Source: Mobula hypostoma (Eukaryota). From it: a DNA stretch of 64,000 bases. The translations under genes and the position numbers were made by a program. Under the pieces are notes generated by a model, which was not told the DNA's origin, ran no database searches, and saw only the letters and a list, made by a program, of their open reading frames with translations. Below are positions 12,581 through 25,560 of the stretch, piece after piece (the first letter of the stretch is position 1; every line of letters begins with the position of its first letter). The DNA is taken from positions 4,340,001 through 4,404,000 of the forward strand of contig NC_086098.1 in assembly GCF_963921235.1 (NCBI RefSeq). Reading direction: 5' to 3'.

Positions 12581-13310
12581 AGATGGCATCTGCTGTGGAC
12601 CTCTTGCACCAGAAGGCAACTGGAGTGGATCCAAGTCACTTCTCAGGCAGGGTTGATGTGTTTCATCACCAACCTCACAGTGAATGTAAGTGCCACTGGA
12701 TGATAGTCGTTGAGGCAGGTCACCACGTTCTTCTTAGGTACGGGTATAATTGAAGCCCACTTGAAGCAGGTTGGGTACCTCAGACTGCAGAAGCGACAGG
12801 TTAAAGTTACTGGTGAACGCTCCAGTCAGTTGAGTAGCATGGGTCTTACATGGCCAAGTACCTGATCTGGGCTGGATGCTTTCTATGGGTTCACCCTCCT
12901 GCAGGATGCTCTTGCATCGCTCAGAGACTCGGAGACTGAAATCACAGGGTCACTGGGGGCTGCGGGCGTTGATAAGGGTTCCACCATGTTTTGATGGTCA
13001 ACGTGGGCACAGAAGGAATTGAGTTCACCTGGGAGTGAAGCCTTGTTGTCCTGTGTCACTTGGCTTCACTTTGTCAGAGATTTCAAGCCCTTCCGAGCAT
13101 TTTTCAGTGATTCAAGTTTGGTCTAGAATTGCCACGTTGCCCGAGAGAAGGGTTTCCAGGCTTCTTGTATCTTACTTGGTCACCTGACCTGAATGCCACT
13201 GATCTGGCCCTCAGCAGATTGCGGGTCTCATGGTTCATCCAGGGCTTCTGGCTGGGGGAAACACTGAATGATTTTGTGGGGACACACTTGTCTACAAATG
13301 TTTTTCAAAA
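12581..13310 (-). mobile_element. Decayed Rex1/Babar-like RT fragment
   Basis: Across frameshifts the minus strand gives [48 protein letters not shown] and RSTADAI. Confidence 0.75.
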
Positions 13311-13544
13311 GACAGTCACTTTTTACCGTAACTTGTAATATCACTTTTACAGCAGACCAAATTCATGTTCACACTAAAAAGATTTAAACCATCTGGGCAA
13401 TTGCCTGAGGCTGCTTTAACCATCACTGATCGTCTTAAAAGGTCCCAACCTCACTCCGAGCTCGAGTCTTCTGTAATCTGACTCACCACGAAAGAAGCAC
13501 TGGCCCAAGTCATAAATGACACTTTGTGTTAGCATGGTTTGTTT

Positions 13545-13855
13545 TCCTTCTCAATCCCATTCTCCTGCCTTCTTACCATAACCTCTGACACCCTGACTAA
13601 TCAACCCCACTTTAAATATACCCAACGACTTGGCCTGCACACCCCTCTGTGGCAATGCATTCGACAGATTCGTCAGCATCTGGCTAAAGAAACTCTTCCT
13701 CATCTCTGCTCTAGAGAGACGCCCTTCTGTTCTGGGTTCTGCCCTCTGGTCCTGGACCCCCCTAGCTTAGGAACCATGTCCACTCTATCTAGACCTTTCA
13801 ATATTGAACAGGTTTTAAGATCACCCCCCCCCACACCAATTCTTTTAAACTCCCA
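13545..13855 (-). mobile_element. CR1 3' end fragment
   Basis: Matches the reverse complement of the CR1 RT C-terminus and 3' UTR at 24900-25200. Confidence 0.7.
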
Positions 13856-14960
13856 TAATTTAGGAGCAGAGTTGGAATTCTGTTCTTAAAAAAAAGCTTC
13901 CACTGTGCAAAGCCAAGTGAAGGTCCTTAAAAAGAACATGGAGCTCTAGTTCGACAGTGCTCTCACCGTGCCCTCAGTTCCTCCTCGGCCTCCCTGTCCT
14001 CCCTCGGTAAGGCCAAATGCTGAGACTTTCCATCTCTCTTGCAATTTATCCAAAGACCTGGGGTAGCAGAGAGTGAAAGCCAGAAAGTACAAGTAGCATT
14101 TTCAAAGTCTACAATGACTGAGCCGACTCGACAGAAACCAATAAATTTAAGCAAGGTCAGAGAGTATTGACTGTTTGCACAAGAAAAAGATAAATCACTT
14201 CCAGTGGCGTGTAATGAAAGAAGGCCATAAATGATTGATTTTCACAGAACACTGCAAACTATCAACTTGGAAATACTGACTATAATATCTGCTTTTCACT
14301 TCCCTGTGCCGGGCCCAAGAGAGCAAACCCAATCTGTCTCCCTCCCCCGTATTTGTGACATTGTATACAAGGAGCTCAAAGCATTGTTGAGGATCCCGGC
14401 CACCCAGCCCTCTATCTCTCTGACCCACTACCGTCAAGGAGGAGGTACAGGAGCATCAGGACCAGGACTACCAGACTGGGTAATAGCTTCTTACCTCAGG
14501 CCGCAAGACTAATGTATTCCCTGCCACCACTGAGGTTTCGTCATTAGGACAGTGAGCTGTTTACTGTTTACCTGGGCTGTGCACTACATGCATTTTGAAT
14601 TATATTTTATTAAGATATCCATGGTAATAGTTTGTTTTACGTGCTCTGTGTGATATACGTTTTGTGGGTGCACCATGATCTGGAAGAACATTGTTTTGTT
14701 TGATTGTGTATCGGCACAGTCAGATGACAATAAATCAACTTGACCTGTCAAAGTAGTCATGAAGGCAACATGGATTCTGCCATATGAGGTGAGGTCTCCG
14801 CCGGTTGGGTTGAATACAGATGTTGTAACCAAGCTATCTAAATACAAAAAGCCTGGGCAGTACAATAAGGAGAGCAAGCTATTGCCCATACAGCCAGCTC
14901 CCCCTCTCCACACATCTGATGAGCACAATGGAATGGCAGTGACTGATACAGCATCGCAGG

Positions 14961-15214
14961 AACATAGAACATAGAATAGTACAGCACAGTACAGGCCCTT
15001 CGGCCCACAATGTTGTGCCGACCCTCAAACCCTGCCTCCCATATAAGCCCCCACCTTAAATTCCTCCATATACCTGTCTAGTAGTCTCTTAAACTTCACT
15101 AGTGTATCTGCCTCCACCACTGGCTCAGGCAGTGCATTCCACGCACCAACCACTCTCTGAGTGAAAAACCTTCCTCTAATATCCCCCTTGAACTTCCCAC
15201 CCTTTATCTTAAAG
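14961..15214 (-). mobile_element. Short 5'-truncated CR1 3' end
   Basis: Encodes RGRFFTQRVVGAWNALPE. Tail (catagaa)n. Same family as 53664-54200 and ~11080-11180. Confidence 0.85.
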
Positions 15215-15299
15215 CAGAAGTTGCCATTCAAAGCAGGACTGCCATAGGAACTCCAGCCCCGGATTTTTCCCTTGAGGTTTACTCCCAAAGTTTTCTCCA

Positions 15300-16888
15300 T
15301 GACAACATTAAAAAAGAGGATGTGCTGGAGCTTTTGGAAAGCATCAAGTTGGATAAGTCTCCAGGACCGGATGAGATGTACCCCAGGCTGCTGTGGGAAG
15401 TGAGAGAGGAGATTGCTGAGCCTCTGGCGATGATCTTTGAATCATCAATGAGGACGGGAGAGGTTCTGAAGGATTGGAGGCTTGCAGATGTTGTTCCCTT
15501 ATTCAAGAAAGGGAGTAGGGATAGCCCAGGAAATTATAGACCAGGGAGTCTTACTTCAGTGGTTAGTAAGTTGATGGAGAAGATTCTGAGAGGCAGGATT
15601 TATGATCATTTGGAGAGGCATATTGTGATTAAGAATAGTCAGCATGGCTTTGTCAAAAGCAGATCGTGCCTTACGAGCCTGATTGAATTTTTTGAGGATA
15701 TGACTAAACACATTGATGAAGGCAGAGCAGTAGATGTAGTGTCTATGGATTTCAGCAAGGCATTTGATAAGGTACCCCGTGCAACGCTTATTGAGAAAGT
15801 AAGGAGGTATGGGGCCCAAGGGGACATTGCTTTGTGGATCTAGAATTCGCTTGCCCAAAGAAGGCAAAGAGTGGTTGTAGATGGGTCATATGGAGGTCTG
15901 TGACCAGTGGTGTGCCTCAGGGATCTGTTCTGGAACCCTTCTCTTCGTGATTTTTATAAATGTTTGAATGAGGAAGTGGAGGGATGGTTAGTAAATTTGC
16001 TGATGACACAAAGTTTGGGGGTGTTGTGGATAGTGTGGAGGGCTGTCAGAGGTTACAGTGTACATCAATAGGATGTAAAATTGGGCTGAGAAGTGGCAGA
16101 TGGAGTTCAACCCAGATAAGTGTGAAGTGGTTCATTTTGGTAGATTAAGTATGATGAATATATTACTAATGGTAAGACTCTTGGCAGTGTGGAGGATCAG
16201 AGGGATCTTGGGGTCCAAGTCCATTGGACACTCAAAAGCTGCTGCGCAGGTTGACTCTGTGGTTAAGAAGGCCTTCATCAACCATGGGATCGAGTTTAAG
16301 AGTTGAAAGGTAACATTACAGCTACATAGGATCCTGGTCAGACCCCACTTGGAGTACTGTGCTCCATTCTGGTCGCCTCACTACATGAAGGATGTGGAAA
16401 CTATAGAAAGGGTGCAGAGAAAATTTACCAGGATTTTGCCTGGATAGGGAGCATGCCTTATGAGAAGAGGTTGAGTGAACTCGGTCTTTTCTCCTTGGAG
16501 CGACGGAGGATGTGAGGTGACCTGATGGAGGTGTATAAGATGATGAGAGACATTGTTCGTGTAGATAGTCAGAGGCTTTTCCCCAGGGCTAGCACAAGAG
16601 GGCACAGTTTTAAGATGCTTGGAAGTAGGTACAGAGGGGATGTCAGGGTTAGTTTTTTTTTTACGCAGAGAGTGGTGAGTGTGTGGGATGTGCTGCCAGT
16701 GACAGTGGTGGTGGAGGCGGATACAACAGGGTCTTTTTAAGAGGCTCCTGGACAGGTACGTGGAGCTTAGAAAAATAGAGGGCTATCGGTAACTCTAGGT
16801 AATTTCTAAAGTAAGTACATGTTTGGGACAGCATTGTGGGCCGAAGGGCCTGTATTGTGCTGTAGGTTTTCGATGTTTCTATGTTTCT
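15300..16888 (+). mobile_element. 5'-truncated decayed CR1 LINE (RT and 3' UTR)
   Basis: ORF 15322-15843 has KSPGPDEMYPRLL, QHGF and MDFSKAFDKV. Its 3' UTR is almost the same as 5200-5308. Confidence 0.92.
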
Positions 16889-18169
16889 AAGGCCACGAGC
16901 TGGTCTTGGTTGTCAGAGGCTATTTGAGGCACATGTTTATCCCCATCTCCACCCCTGGCTATGACAACAATGTACTGCTCTGTTTATGAACTTTAAACAA
17001 ACAACATAGACTGCCTGATGAACAGTATTTCAAAAGCAACAGTGGATACCTCAGGCCAGGAACAAAAATGGAAAAGTACGTACACATCTTGACACTCAGA
17101 CTCCATTAATCCAGCATATTGGTGCTGAACTAGTACTGTTTATTTAATTATTTATTTGTTCATTTGGAGATAGCGCGTGCTTAGATGCCTTCTGGCCCAA
17201 TGAGCCCACTGTGTCACTCAGGGAGACTGTGACACTGATGTAGCTTCTGGCAATGAGCTCCAAGCACATGAGATTCTGCAGATGCTGAAAATCCAAAGCA
17301 ATACACACAAAACGCTGGAGGAACTCAGCAGGTCAGGCAGCATCAATAGAGGACATATGTGAGTGACGATAAACGTGATTCTGATATGGGTCTCTATTGT
17401 GGATTGAGAGTGGGAGAGGGGAATCATGGCTGGGAGAAGGGGAAGGGAGAGGGGAGGGAGCAGGAAGCACCAGAGAGACATTCTGTAATGATCAATAAAC
17501 CAATTGTTTGCAATCAGATGACCTTGCCTGGTGTCTCAGAGCTGAGTGTGGCCACACTCCTACCCCACCCCTGCCATGCATCCCACACTCCTCCCGCGAC
17601 ACTCCACCCACACCATTCCCAAAATCCTTTGCTCCTGCCAGATTTACAAACTTGGTCTCCGCTCCACATTGACAAACACTGCACTGTGCAAAAGTCTAAC
17701 CACCTTCGCTATACACAGTAATGTGCCCAAGGCCTTTGTATAGCACTGTACTGTCGCCGTAAAACAACGAATTTCATGACATACGACAGTGATAATAAAT
17801 CTGAGTGGGAATGTGGAGGCTGGTGATTGAAGGAGAAATCACAGCAAACCAAAGAAATAAGTAAAATAACAAAATATAGCTGCAAAATCCTTTGAGAATA
17901 ACATTTAAAACTGCTTCTGTTAAAAACTTACCCGTGTACTTATTTACCTCATTCAACATTATCACGCATTTGCTTTCTCTGTGTGTGAAACATTATTGTC
18001 TGGAGATCTCACTCGTCTTTGTCTCCTGGCCATAAGCTCACCGTATTTTAATAGAATTACAGTTCCAGGAAAGCACTATTTTTATTCTGTGGATTTGAAG
18101 TCACCAAATGTAGCTTAAAACTGCTTTATTTTAATCTGTCCAATGTTCTGTGTCTTGGATTAGTTGAAG

Positions 18170-20500
18170 GATCATCTTATCGTGGTGGGGAAGCTTGCGA
18201 GTTCCTGAGATCTCGAAAGCAATGCCATCTGGAGCTTAATAGGGTCATCCATGGCAGTAAGGTCAAGGGAGAGATTCCAGACAAAGAGCAATCCAATCAC
18301 GACCTCAACAGTGGAGTTGGCGGGAGACAATGACACGTCACAACGGAGGAGGCTGCAGCAGAGAAGGGTCCTCAGTCATCCGGCATTCCATGCCATTGGA
18401 CTCTGACCCCGACCTGTCAAGGACAGTGCGGTGGCTGCCTGGGCACCAGTGCCCACACATTAACCGAAGTGGTGTTCTCTATTCAGGGAATCCACCTGGA
18501 CATCCTGTGGCGATCAGAGGTGGCAAGGGGGTGCAGGAGCCTCTCCGAATACACGGATCCTGGATCAGCCTCTCTGAATACATGGATCCTGGATCACCCC
18601 CTCTGAATACACGGATCCTGGATCAGCCTCTCTGAATACACGGATCCTGGATCAGCCTCTCTGAATACACGGATCCTGGATCACCCTCTCTGAATACATG
18701 GATCCTGGATCAGCCTCTCTGAATACATGGATCCTGGATCAGCCTCTCTGAATACAAGGATCCTGGATCAGCCTCTCTGAATACACGGATCCTGGATCAG
18801 CCTCTCTGAATACACGGATCCTGGATCAGCCTCTCTGAATACAAGGATCCTGGATCAGCCTCTCTGAATACACGGATCCTGGATCAGCCTCTCTGAATAC
18901 ACGGATCCTGGATCAGCCTCTCTGAATACACGGATCCTGGATCAGCCTCTCTGAATACACGGATCCTGGATCAGCCTCTCTGAATACAAGGATCCTGGAT
19001 CACCCTCTCTGAATACACGGATCCTGGATCAGCCTCTCTGAATACAAGGATCCTGGATCAGCCTCTATGAATACACGGATCCTGGATCACCCTCTCTGAA
19101 TACAAGGATCCTGGATCAGCCCCTCTGAATACACGGATCCTGGATCAGCCTCTCTGAATACACGGATCCTGGATCAGCCTCTCTGAATACACGGATTCTG
19201 GATCAGCCTCTCTGAATACAAGGATCCTGGATCAGCCTCTCTGAATACACGGATCCTGGATCAGCCTCTCTGAATACACGGATCCTGGATCAGCCTCTCT
19301 GAATACAAGGATCCTGGATCAGCCTCTATGAATACACGGATCCTGGATCAGCCTCTCTGAATACACGGATCCTGGATCAGCCTCTCTGAATACAAGGATC
19401 CTGGATCACCCTCTCTGAATACAAGGATCCTGGATCAGCCTCTCTGAATACACGGATCCTGGATCAGCCTCTCTGAATACAAGGATCCTGGATCAGCCTC
19501 TCTGAATACACGGATCCTGGATCAGCCTCTATGAATACACGGATCCTGGATCAGCCTCTCTGAATACAAGGATCCTGGATCAGCCTCTATGAATACACGG
19601 ATCCTGGATCAGCCTCTCTGAATACACGGATCCTGGATCAGCCTCTCTGAATACACGGATCCTGGATCAGCCTCTATGAATACATGGATCCTGGATCAGC
19701 CTCTCTGAATACAAGGATCCTGGATCAGCCTCTATGAATACACAGATCCTGGATCAGCCTCTCTGAATACACGGATCCTGGATCAGCCTCTCTGAATACA
19801 CGGATCCTGGATCAGCCTCTCTGAATACAAGGATCCTGGATCACCCTCTCTGAATACAAGGATCCTGGATCAGCCTCTCTGAATACACGGATCCTGGATC
19901 AGCCTCTCTGAATACAAGGATCCTGGATCAGCCTCTATGAATACACGGATCCTGGATCAGCCTCTCTGAATACACGGATCCTGGATCAGCCTCTCTGAAT
20001 ACACGGATCCTGGATCACCCTCTCTGAATACAAGGATCCTGGATCAGCCCCTCTGAATACACGGATCCTGGATCAGCCTCTCTGAATACACGGATCCTGG
20101 ATCAGCCTCTCTGAATACACGGATCCTGGATCACCCCCTCTGAATACACGGATCCTGGATCAGCCTCTCTGAATACACGGATCCTGGATCAGCCCCTATG
20201 AATACATGGATCCTGGATCACCCCCTCTGAATACACGGATCCTGGATCAGCCTCTCTGAATACATTGATCCTGGATCACCCTCTCTGAATACAAGGATCC
20301 TAGATCAGCCTCTCTGAATACAAGGTTCCTAGATCAGCCTCTCTGAATACACGGATCCTGGATCACCCTCTCTGAATACACGGATCCTGGATCAGCCTCT
20401 CTGAATACATTGATCCTGGATCAGCCTCTCTGAATACACGGATCCTGGATCAGCCTCTACGACCACCTAAAGATCTACCAGTACAACCCCTCGGAGGAAT
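18170..20500 (+). mobile_element. RTE-clade (Expander/Rex3-like) 5'-UTR-derived element hosting a minisatellite
   Basis: Begins cttatcgtggtgggg...tagggtcatccatggc...aggtc...ccagacaaagagc, which resembles recalled RTE 5' ends. Non-repetitive sequence resumes after the array at about 20459. Confidence 0.55.
18539..20458. repeat. 29-bp minisatellite, about 66 copies, consensus gcctctctgaatacacggatcctggatca
   Basis: Direct tandem units. Most contain GGATCC and the interrupted palindrome gatcc-t-ggatc. Confidence 0.98.
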
Positions 20501-20639
20501 TCACACTTGACTTAAGTTGCAGATTAGTTGAAAATTATTTCACTTGACGTTTCTGTAGGAGAAGGAGCTGGCAGCTTTAATGGAACCGCCGATCTAGAAT
20601 TAACTTTTTTTAAAGTTATTTTAAATACTAGACTTCAGC

Positions 20640-20918
20640 TCAAGGTCATGGGTTAATGGTGAAATGTGAATAGTTTAAAGGGAAGATGAGGGGAAACTTC
20701 TTCATTCACAGGGTGGTGAGATAGTGGAACGAGCTGCCAGCGCAAATGATGGATGCAGGGTCAATTTCAACGTTTAAGAGAAATTTGGATAGGTACATGG
20801 ATGGGAGGGGTATGGCACGGTTGCAGGTCGATAGAAGCAGGCAAAGTAATAGTTCAGCATGAACTAGATGGGCCAAAGGGTCTGTTTCTGTGCTGTAGTG
20901 TTCCATGACTCTGACTCT
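20640..20918 (+). mobile_element. CR1 3' end fragment
   Basis: Contains gggaaacttcttcattcacagggtggtgaga and a CR1-type 3' UTR ending ccatgactctgactct. Confidence 0.75.
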
Positions 20919-21365
20919 AGTAACAACAATGAATTCCCTTATCAAAACATATCTTGAAAAGACAGGCTCGGAGGTCTGAAATCCACCACACCAGCAGTCA
21001 GTTTCCTCTGACTAGTTTTCACATCTCACATCAACACCAAGATATAAATAGTTACCTGTTAGTTTATACATAATATGAATGCCTTATAAGTTCAAAATAA
21101 ATTTATTATCTAGAATATCTGTGTTTAACATTCATTCCTTTACGGTCTTTATTATTGCTTGGGGTGCAACATGATTCCAACATAGTGGGGGGGTGGGGTG
21201 TGTGTGTGTGTGTGTGTGTGTGATTTTAGTGTCTTACACAATGTCCATTATATTATAGAATATTATACATTGTCCACAAGCTATAATTTCTCAGCAACTG
21301 CACTCCTCCCATCAACACCTCGAAGCTGAGCAGATCTTGATGTTAATTAGTGTGCAGCACTAAAT

Positions 21366-24300
21366 GTACACTCAGTGGCCACTTTATTAGGTACACTTGT
21401 ACACTCAGTGATTCAAATATCTAAATCACCCAATCACATGGCAGCAACTCGACCTTCAGTCCTGCATTCTTCACCCTTTTGAATTTTGCCTCTATGCTGC
21501 AATTTAACTCGTTGCTCTGTCTGCATCTGTACCCAGTCATTGGCTTGTCCTTCCTTACAGTCATGTTACACCCATTATCTACTTGTAAACCTGCTGGCTC
21601 ATCCTCAGCTCTGTCATCCTGGTTCCCATCCCCTGCCATCCGAGTGAGAATGGCTCCAAGGGCAGTGTTCTGCACTGTGTACAGGATGTGGAAAGCCTGG
21701 GAAATGTCCAGTCTCCCAGATAAACACATCTTCACCAGGTGCACTGAGTTGCAGCTCCTGACAGAACCTATCAGGAACTGGAGCTGCAGCTCGATAACCT
21801 TCAGGAGAATGAGGAGGTAACAGACAGGAACCTCTGGGAGGTGGTTTCCCCTAGGTTTCAGGACACAGGCAACTATGTGACTGTCAGGAGGAGGGGAAAT
21901 GCACAGCCAGTGCAGAGTACACCTGTGGCCATTCACCTCAATAACAGTATACCACTTTACATTCTATTGAGAGGGACAACCTCCTGGGGGAGCCACAGTG
22001 ACCGGGTCTCTGGCACCGAGTCTGGTGCTTGGCTCAGAAGAGCAAAGAGGTGAAGAAGGCTGCAGTGTTTACAGGAGATTCCTTACTCAGGGGAAAAGAC
22101 ACAAGGTTCCATGGGCACGACACAGACATCCGGAAGGTATGTTGCCTTCCTGGTGCCAGAATCAGGGATGTCTCGGATCAGATCCACGCCATTTTCAAGG
22201 GCAATGGTGAGCAGCCGGATGTCCTGGTGCATATTGGTACCAATGACATAGGTAGACAAGGTGAGGAAGTCCTGAAGAGAGATTTTAGGAATCTAGGTAG
22301 AAAGCTGAGAAGGAGGAACTATAGGGTACTAATCTCTGAATTGCTGCCTGTACCACGTACCAGGAGAATGTGCGGCTGAGGAACTGGTGCAGGGGCAGGG
22401 GTTCAGACTTATGGATCATTAGGATCTCTTCTGAGGAAGGTGTGGCCTGTAGAAAAGGGATGGGTTATACCTGGACCCGAGGGGGTCCAAAATACTTGCA
22501 GGCAGGTTGGATAGAGTTTAAACTCATTTGGTGGGGGGGTGGGAACCGGAGTGATAGTGCTGAGGATGAGGTAGTTGGTTTACGAAAGGAGGCAATGTGT
22601 AGTGAGACTCCTAGCAAGGAGAGGCTGATGATAGGGCAAAATTGCAGTCAGCGGAATGAGTTGCAACGTAAAAGGTGGACAATATCGAAAAGGGTGAGGG
22701 TGTTATATTTGAATGCGTGCAGTATACGGAATAAGGTAAATGAACTTGAGACACAGTTGCAGGTAGGCATGTAGGCATCACTGAGTCATGGCTGCAAGAA
22801 GATTATAGCAGGGAGCTTAATATCCAAGGATACACATTGTATCGAAAGGACAGGCAGAAGGGGAGGCATTGCTCTGTTCATAAAAAAATGAAATCAAATC
22901 ATTAGAAAGAGGTGACATAGTGTCGGAAGGTGTTAAATCAATGAGGATAGAACTAAGGAACTGTACCCTGATGGGAGTTATATACAGACTCCCCAAGCAG
23001 TAGTAAGGATGTAGTCTACAAATTACAAAGGGAGACAGAAAATGCATGTCAAAAGGGCAATGTTACAATGATCATGGGGGATTTCAACGTACAGGGAGAT
23101 TGGGAAAATCAGGTTGGTGCTGGATTCCAAGAGTGGGAATTTCTGGAATGTTTACAAACTGGATTTTTTTTTAAGAACAGCTCATTGTTGAGCCCACTAG
23201 GGTATCAACTATTCTGGATTGGGTATTGTGCAATGATAGGGAATTGACTAGAGAGCTTAAGGTAAAAGAACCCTTAGGGGAAAGTGATCATAATATGATC
23301 GAATTCACCCAGAATTTTGAAAGGGAGAAGTTAACGTAAGATGTATCAGTATTACAGTGGAGTAAAGGGAATACAAAGGCATGAGAAAGGAATTAGCCAG
23401 AACTGATTGGAAAAGCAATGGCTGGAATTTTTGGAATCAATACAGAAGGCACAGGATATATACTTCCAAAAGAGGAAGAAGTATTTTAAAGGCAAGATGA
23501 CACAACCGTGACTATTAAGTGAAATCCGACAAACTGAATAAGCGTTTGGCATCAGTGTTCACTGTGGAAGACACTAGCAGTTTGGCAGAAAGTCCAGGTG
23601 TCAGGAGTGATGAAGTGTGTGAAGTTGCTATTAGTAGGGAAAAGAGTCTTGGGAAACTGAAAGGTCTGAAGGTTGATAAGTCACCTGGACCAGATGATGT
23701 ACACCCTAGGGTTCTGAAAGAGGTGGCTGAAGAGACTGTGGAGGCATTAGTAATGATTTTTTTAATAATCACTAGATTCTGGAACCTTTCCCGAAGACTG
23801 GAAAATTACAAATGTCTCTCCACTCTTCAAGAAGGGAGAGAGGCAGAAGAAAGGAAACTATAGACCAGTTAGTCTGACCTCAGTGGTTGGAAAGATGTTG
23901 GAGTCGATTATTGATAAGGTCTCAAGGCATTTGGAGGCCCATGATAAAATAGGCCAGTCAGCATGGTTTCCTCAAGGGAAAATCTTGCCTGACAAAATCT
24001 GTTGGAATTCTTTGAAAAAATAACAATTAGGAAAGACAAAGGAGAATCAGTTGATGTTGTGTACTTGCACTTTTAGAAGACCTTTGACAAGGTGCCACAC
24101 ATGAGACTGCTTAATAAGCTATGAGCCCATGGTTTTACAGGAAAGATTCTAACATGAATAAAGCAGTGGCTGATTGACAGGAGACAAAGATTGGGAAGAA
24201 AGGGATCCTTTTCTAGTTGGCTTCCAGTGACTAATGGTGTTCCATGGGGTCCGTGTTGGAATCGATTCTTTTTAGGTTATATGTCAATGATTTGGAAGAT

Positions 24301-25385
24301 GGAATTGATGACTTTGTTGCAAAATTTGCAGAAGATATGAAGATAGGTGGAGGTAGTTTTGAGGAAGTAGAGGGGCTACAGAAGGACTTAGACATTAGGA
24401 GAATGGGCAAAGAAATGGCAGATAGTATACAGTGCACGGTCTTACACGTTGGTAGAAGAAATGAAAGCGTTGACTGTTTTCTCAACAGAGAGAAAATACA
24501 AAAAAACTGAGGTGCAAAGGGACTTGGGAGTGCTCGTGCAGGATTCCCTAAAGGTTAATGTGCAGGTTGAGTCTGTAGTGAGGAAGGCAAATACAACGTT
24601 AGCATTAATTTCAAGAGGACTACAATATAAAGCAAAGATGTAACATTGACACTTTATAAAACACTGGTGAGGCCTCACTTGGAGTATTATGAGCAGTTCT
24701 GGGTCTCTTATCTTGGAAAGGATGTGCTGAAATTGAAGAAGGTTAAAAGGAGATTCACGAAAGTGATTCCAGGATTTAATGACTTGTCATATGAAGAGCG
24801 TTTGATGGCTGTTGATGGTCTGTATTCACTAAAATTCAGAAGAATGAGGGGTGACCTCATTGAAACCTTTCGAATGGTGAAAGGCCTTGATAGAGTGGAT
24901 ATGGAGAGGATGTTTCCTATGGTAGGAGAGTCTAAAATCAGAGGACACAGCCTCAGAATAGAGGGGTGTCCTTTTAGAATGGAGATGTGGAGGAATTTCT
25001 TTAGCCAAGGAGTGCTGAATCTGTGGAATTCTTTGCCACAGGCGCTGTGGAAGCCAAGTCTTTATGTATATTTAAGGCAGAGGTTAATAGATTCTTGATT
25101 GGCGAGGGCATGAAGGGATATCGGGAGAAGGCAGGAGATTGGGGCTGAGAGGAAAATTGGATCAGTCATGATGAAATGGTGGAGCAAATGGTGGCCTAAT
25201 TCTGCACCTATACCTTATGGTCTTAGCTGACGGGAAGGTTACAGGATAGTAACCACGCATTATAACAGTGGTGTGCAGAAGACCATCTTTAATACACAAC
25301 ACGTTGAACCTTGAAGTGGATTAGTTATGAACATACAGGAGACCACAGACGTACACTCACTCTCCACTTCCTTTGGTAAAGGAGG
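21366..25385 (+). mobile_element. Tc1/mariner-derived remnant split by CR1 sequence (pieces ~21366-21450 and ~25226-25385)
   Basis: TA-CACTCAGTGGCCACTTTATTAGGTACAC resembles a fish Tc1 terminus. The 3' piece translates to a Tc1-like transposase fragment (TTHYNSGVQKTI). Confidence 0.6.
21641..25225 (+). mobile_element. Near full-length decayed CR1 LINE (ORF1 zinc-finger/coiled coil and SGNH-type esterase; ORF2 EN-RT) with an internal deletion near 23515
   Basis: ATG at 21650 gives MAPRAVFC...C. Esterase motifs GDSLLRG, CLPGA and VHIGTND. EN start VLYLNACSIRNK. RT motifs KSPGPD, FAED and RPHLEY. Confidence 0.9.
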
Positions 25386-25560
25386 GGCAGGAGTTTGTCA
25401 CCCTGAGAATATTCATGGTTGTATATTGAACATTGGTTGTTTGTCAGTCTTGGTTTATGTATACTTTTGTAAATTCTATTGATTTCTTTATTCTTCCTGT
25501 AGATGCCTGCAAGAAAATGAATCTCACAGATATCTCTCTCTCTCTCTCTCTCCCCACCCC

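Larger units (their letters stand above)
14745..16935 (-). mobile_element. RTE-derived short element broken by two CR1 insertions (pieces ~14745-14960, ~15215-15300, ~16889-16935)
   Basis: Shares gagagcaagct...ccccctctccac and ggtttactcccaaag...tcccatga with the copies at 31774-32160 and 32560-32790. Confidence 0.6.

Noticed and set aside
18539..20458. CRISPR-like array (29-bp palindromic repeat)
   Set aside because: Units are directly adjacent with no unique spacers, there are no cas genes, and the context is eukaryotic.
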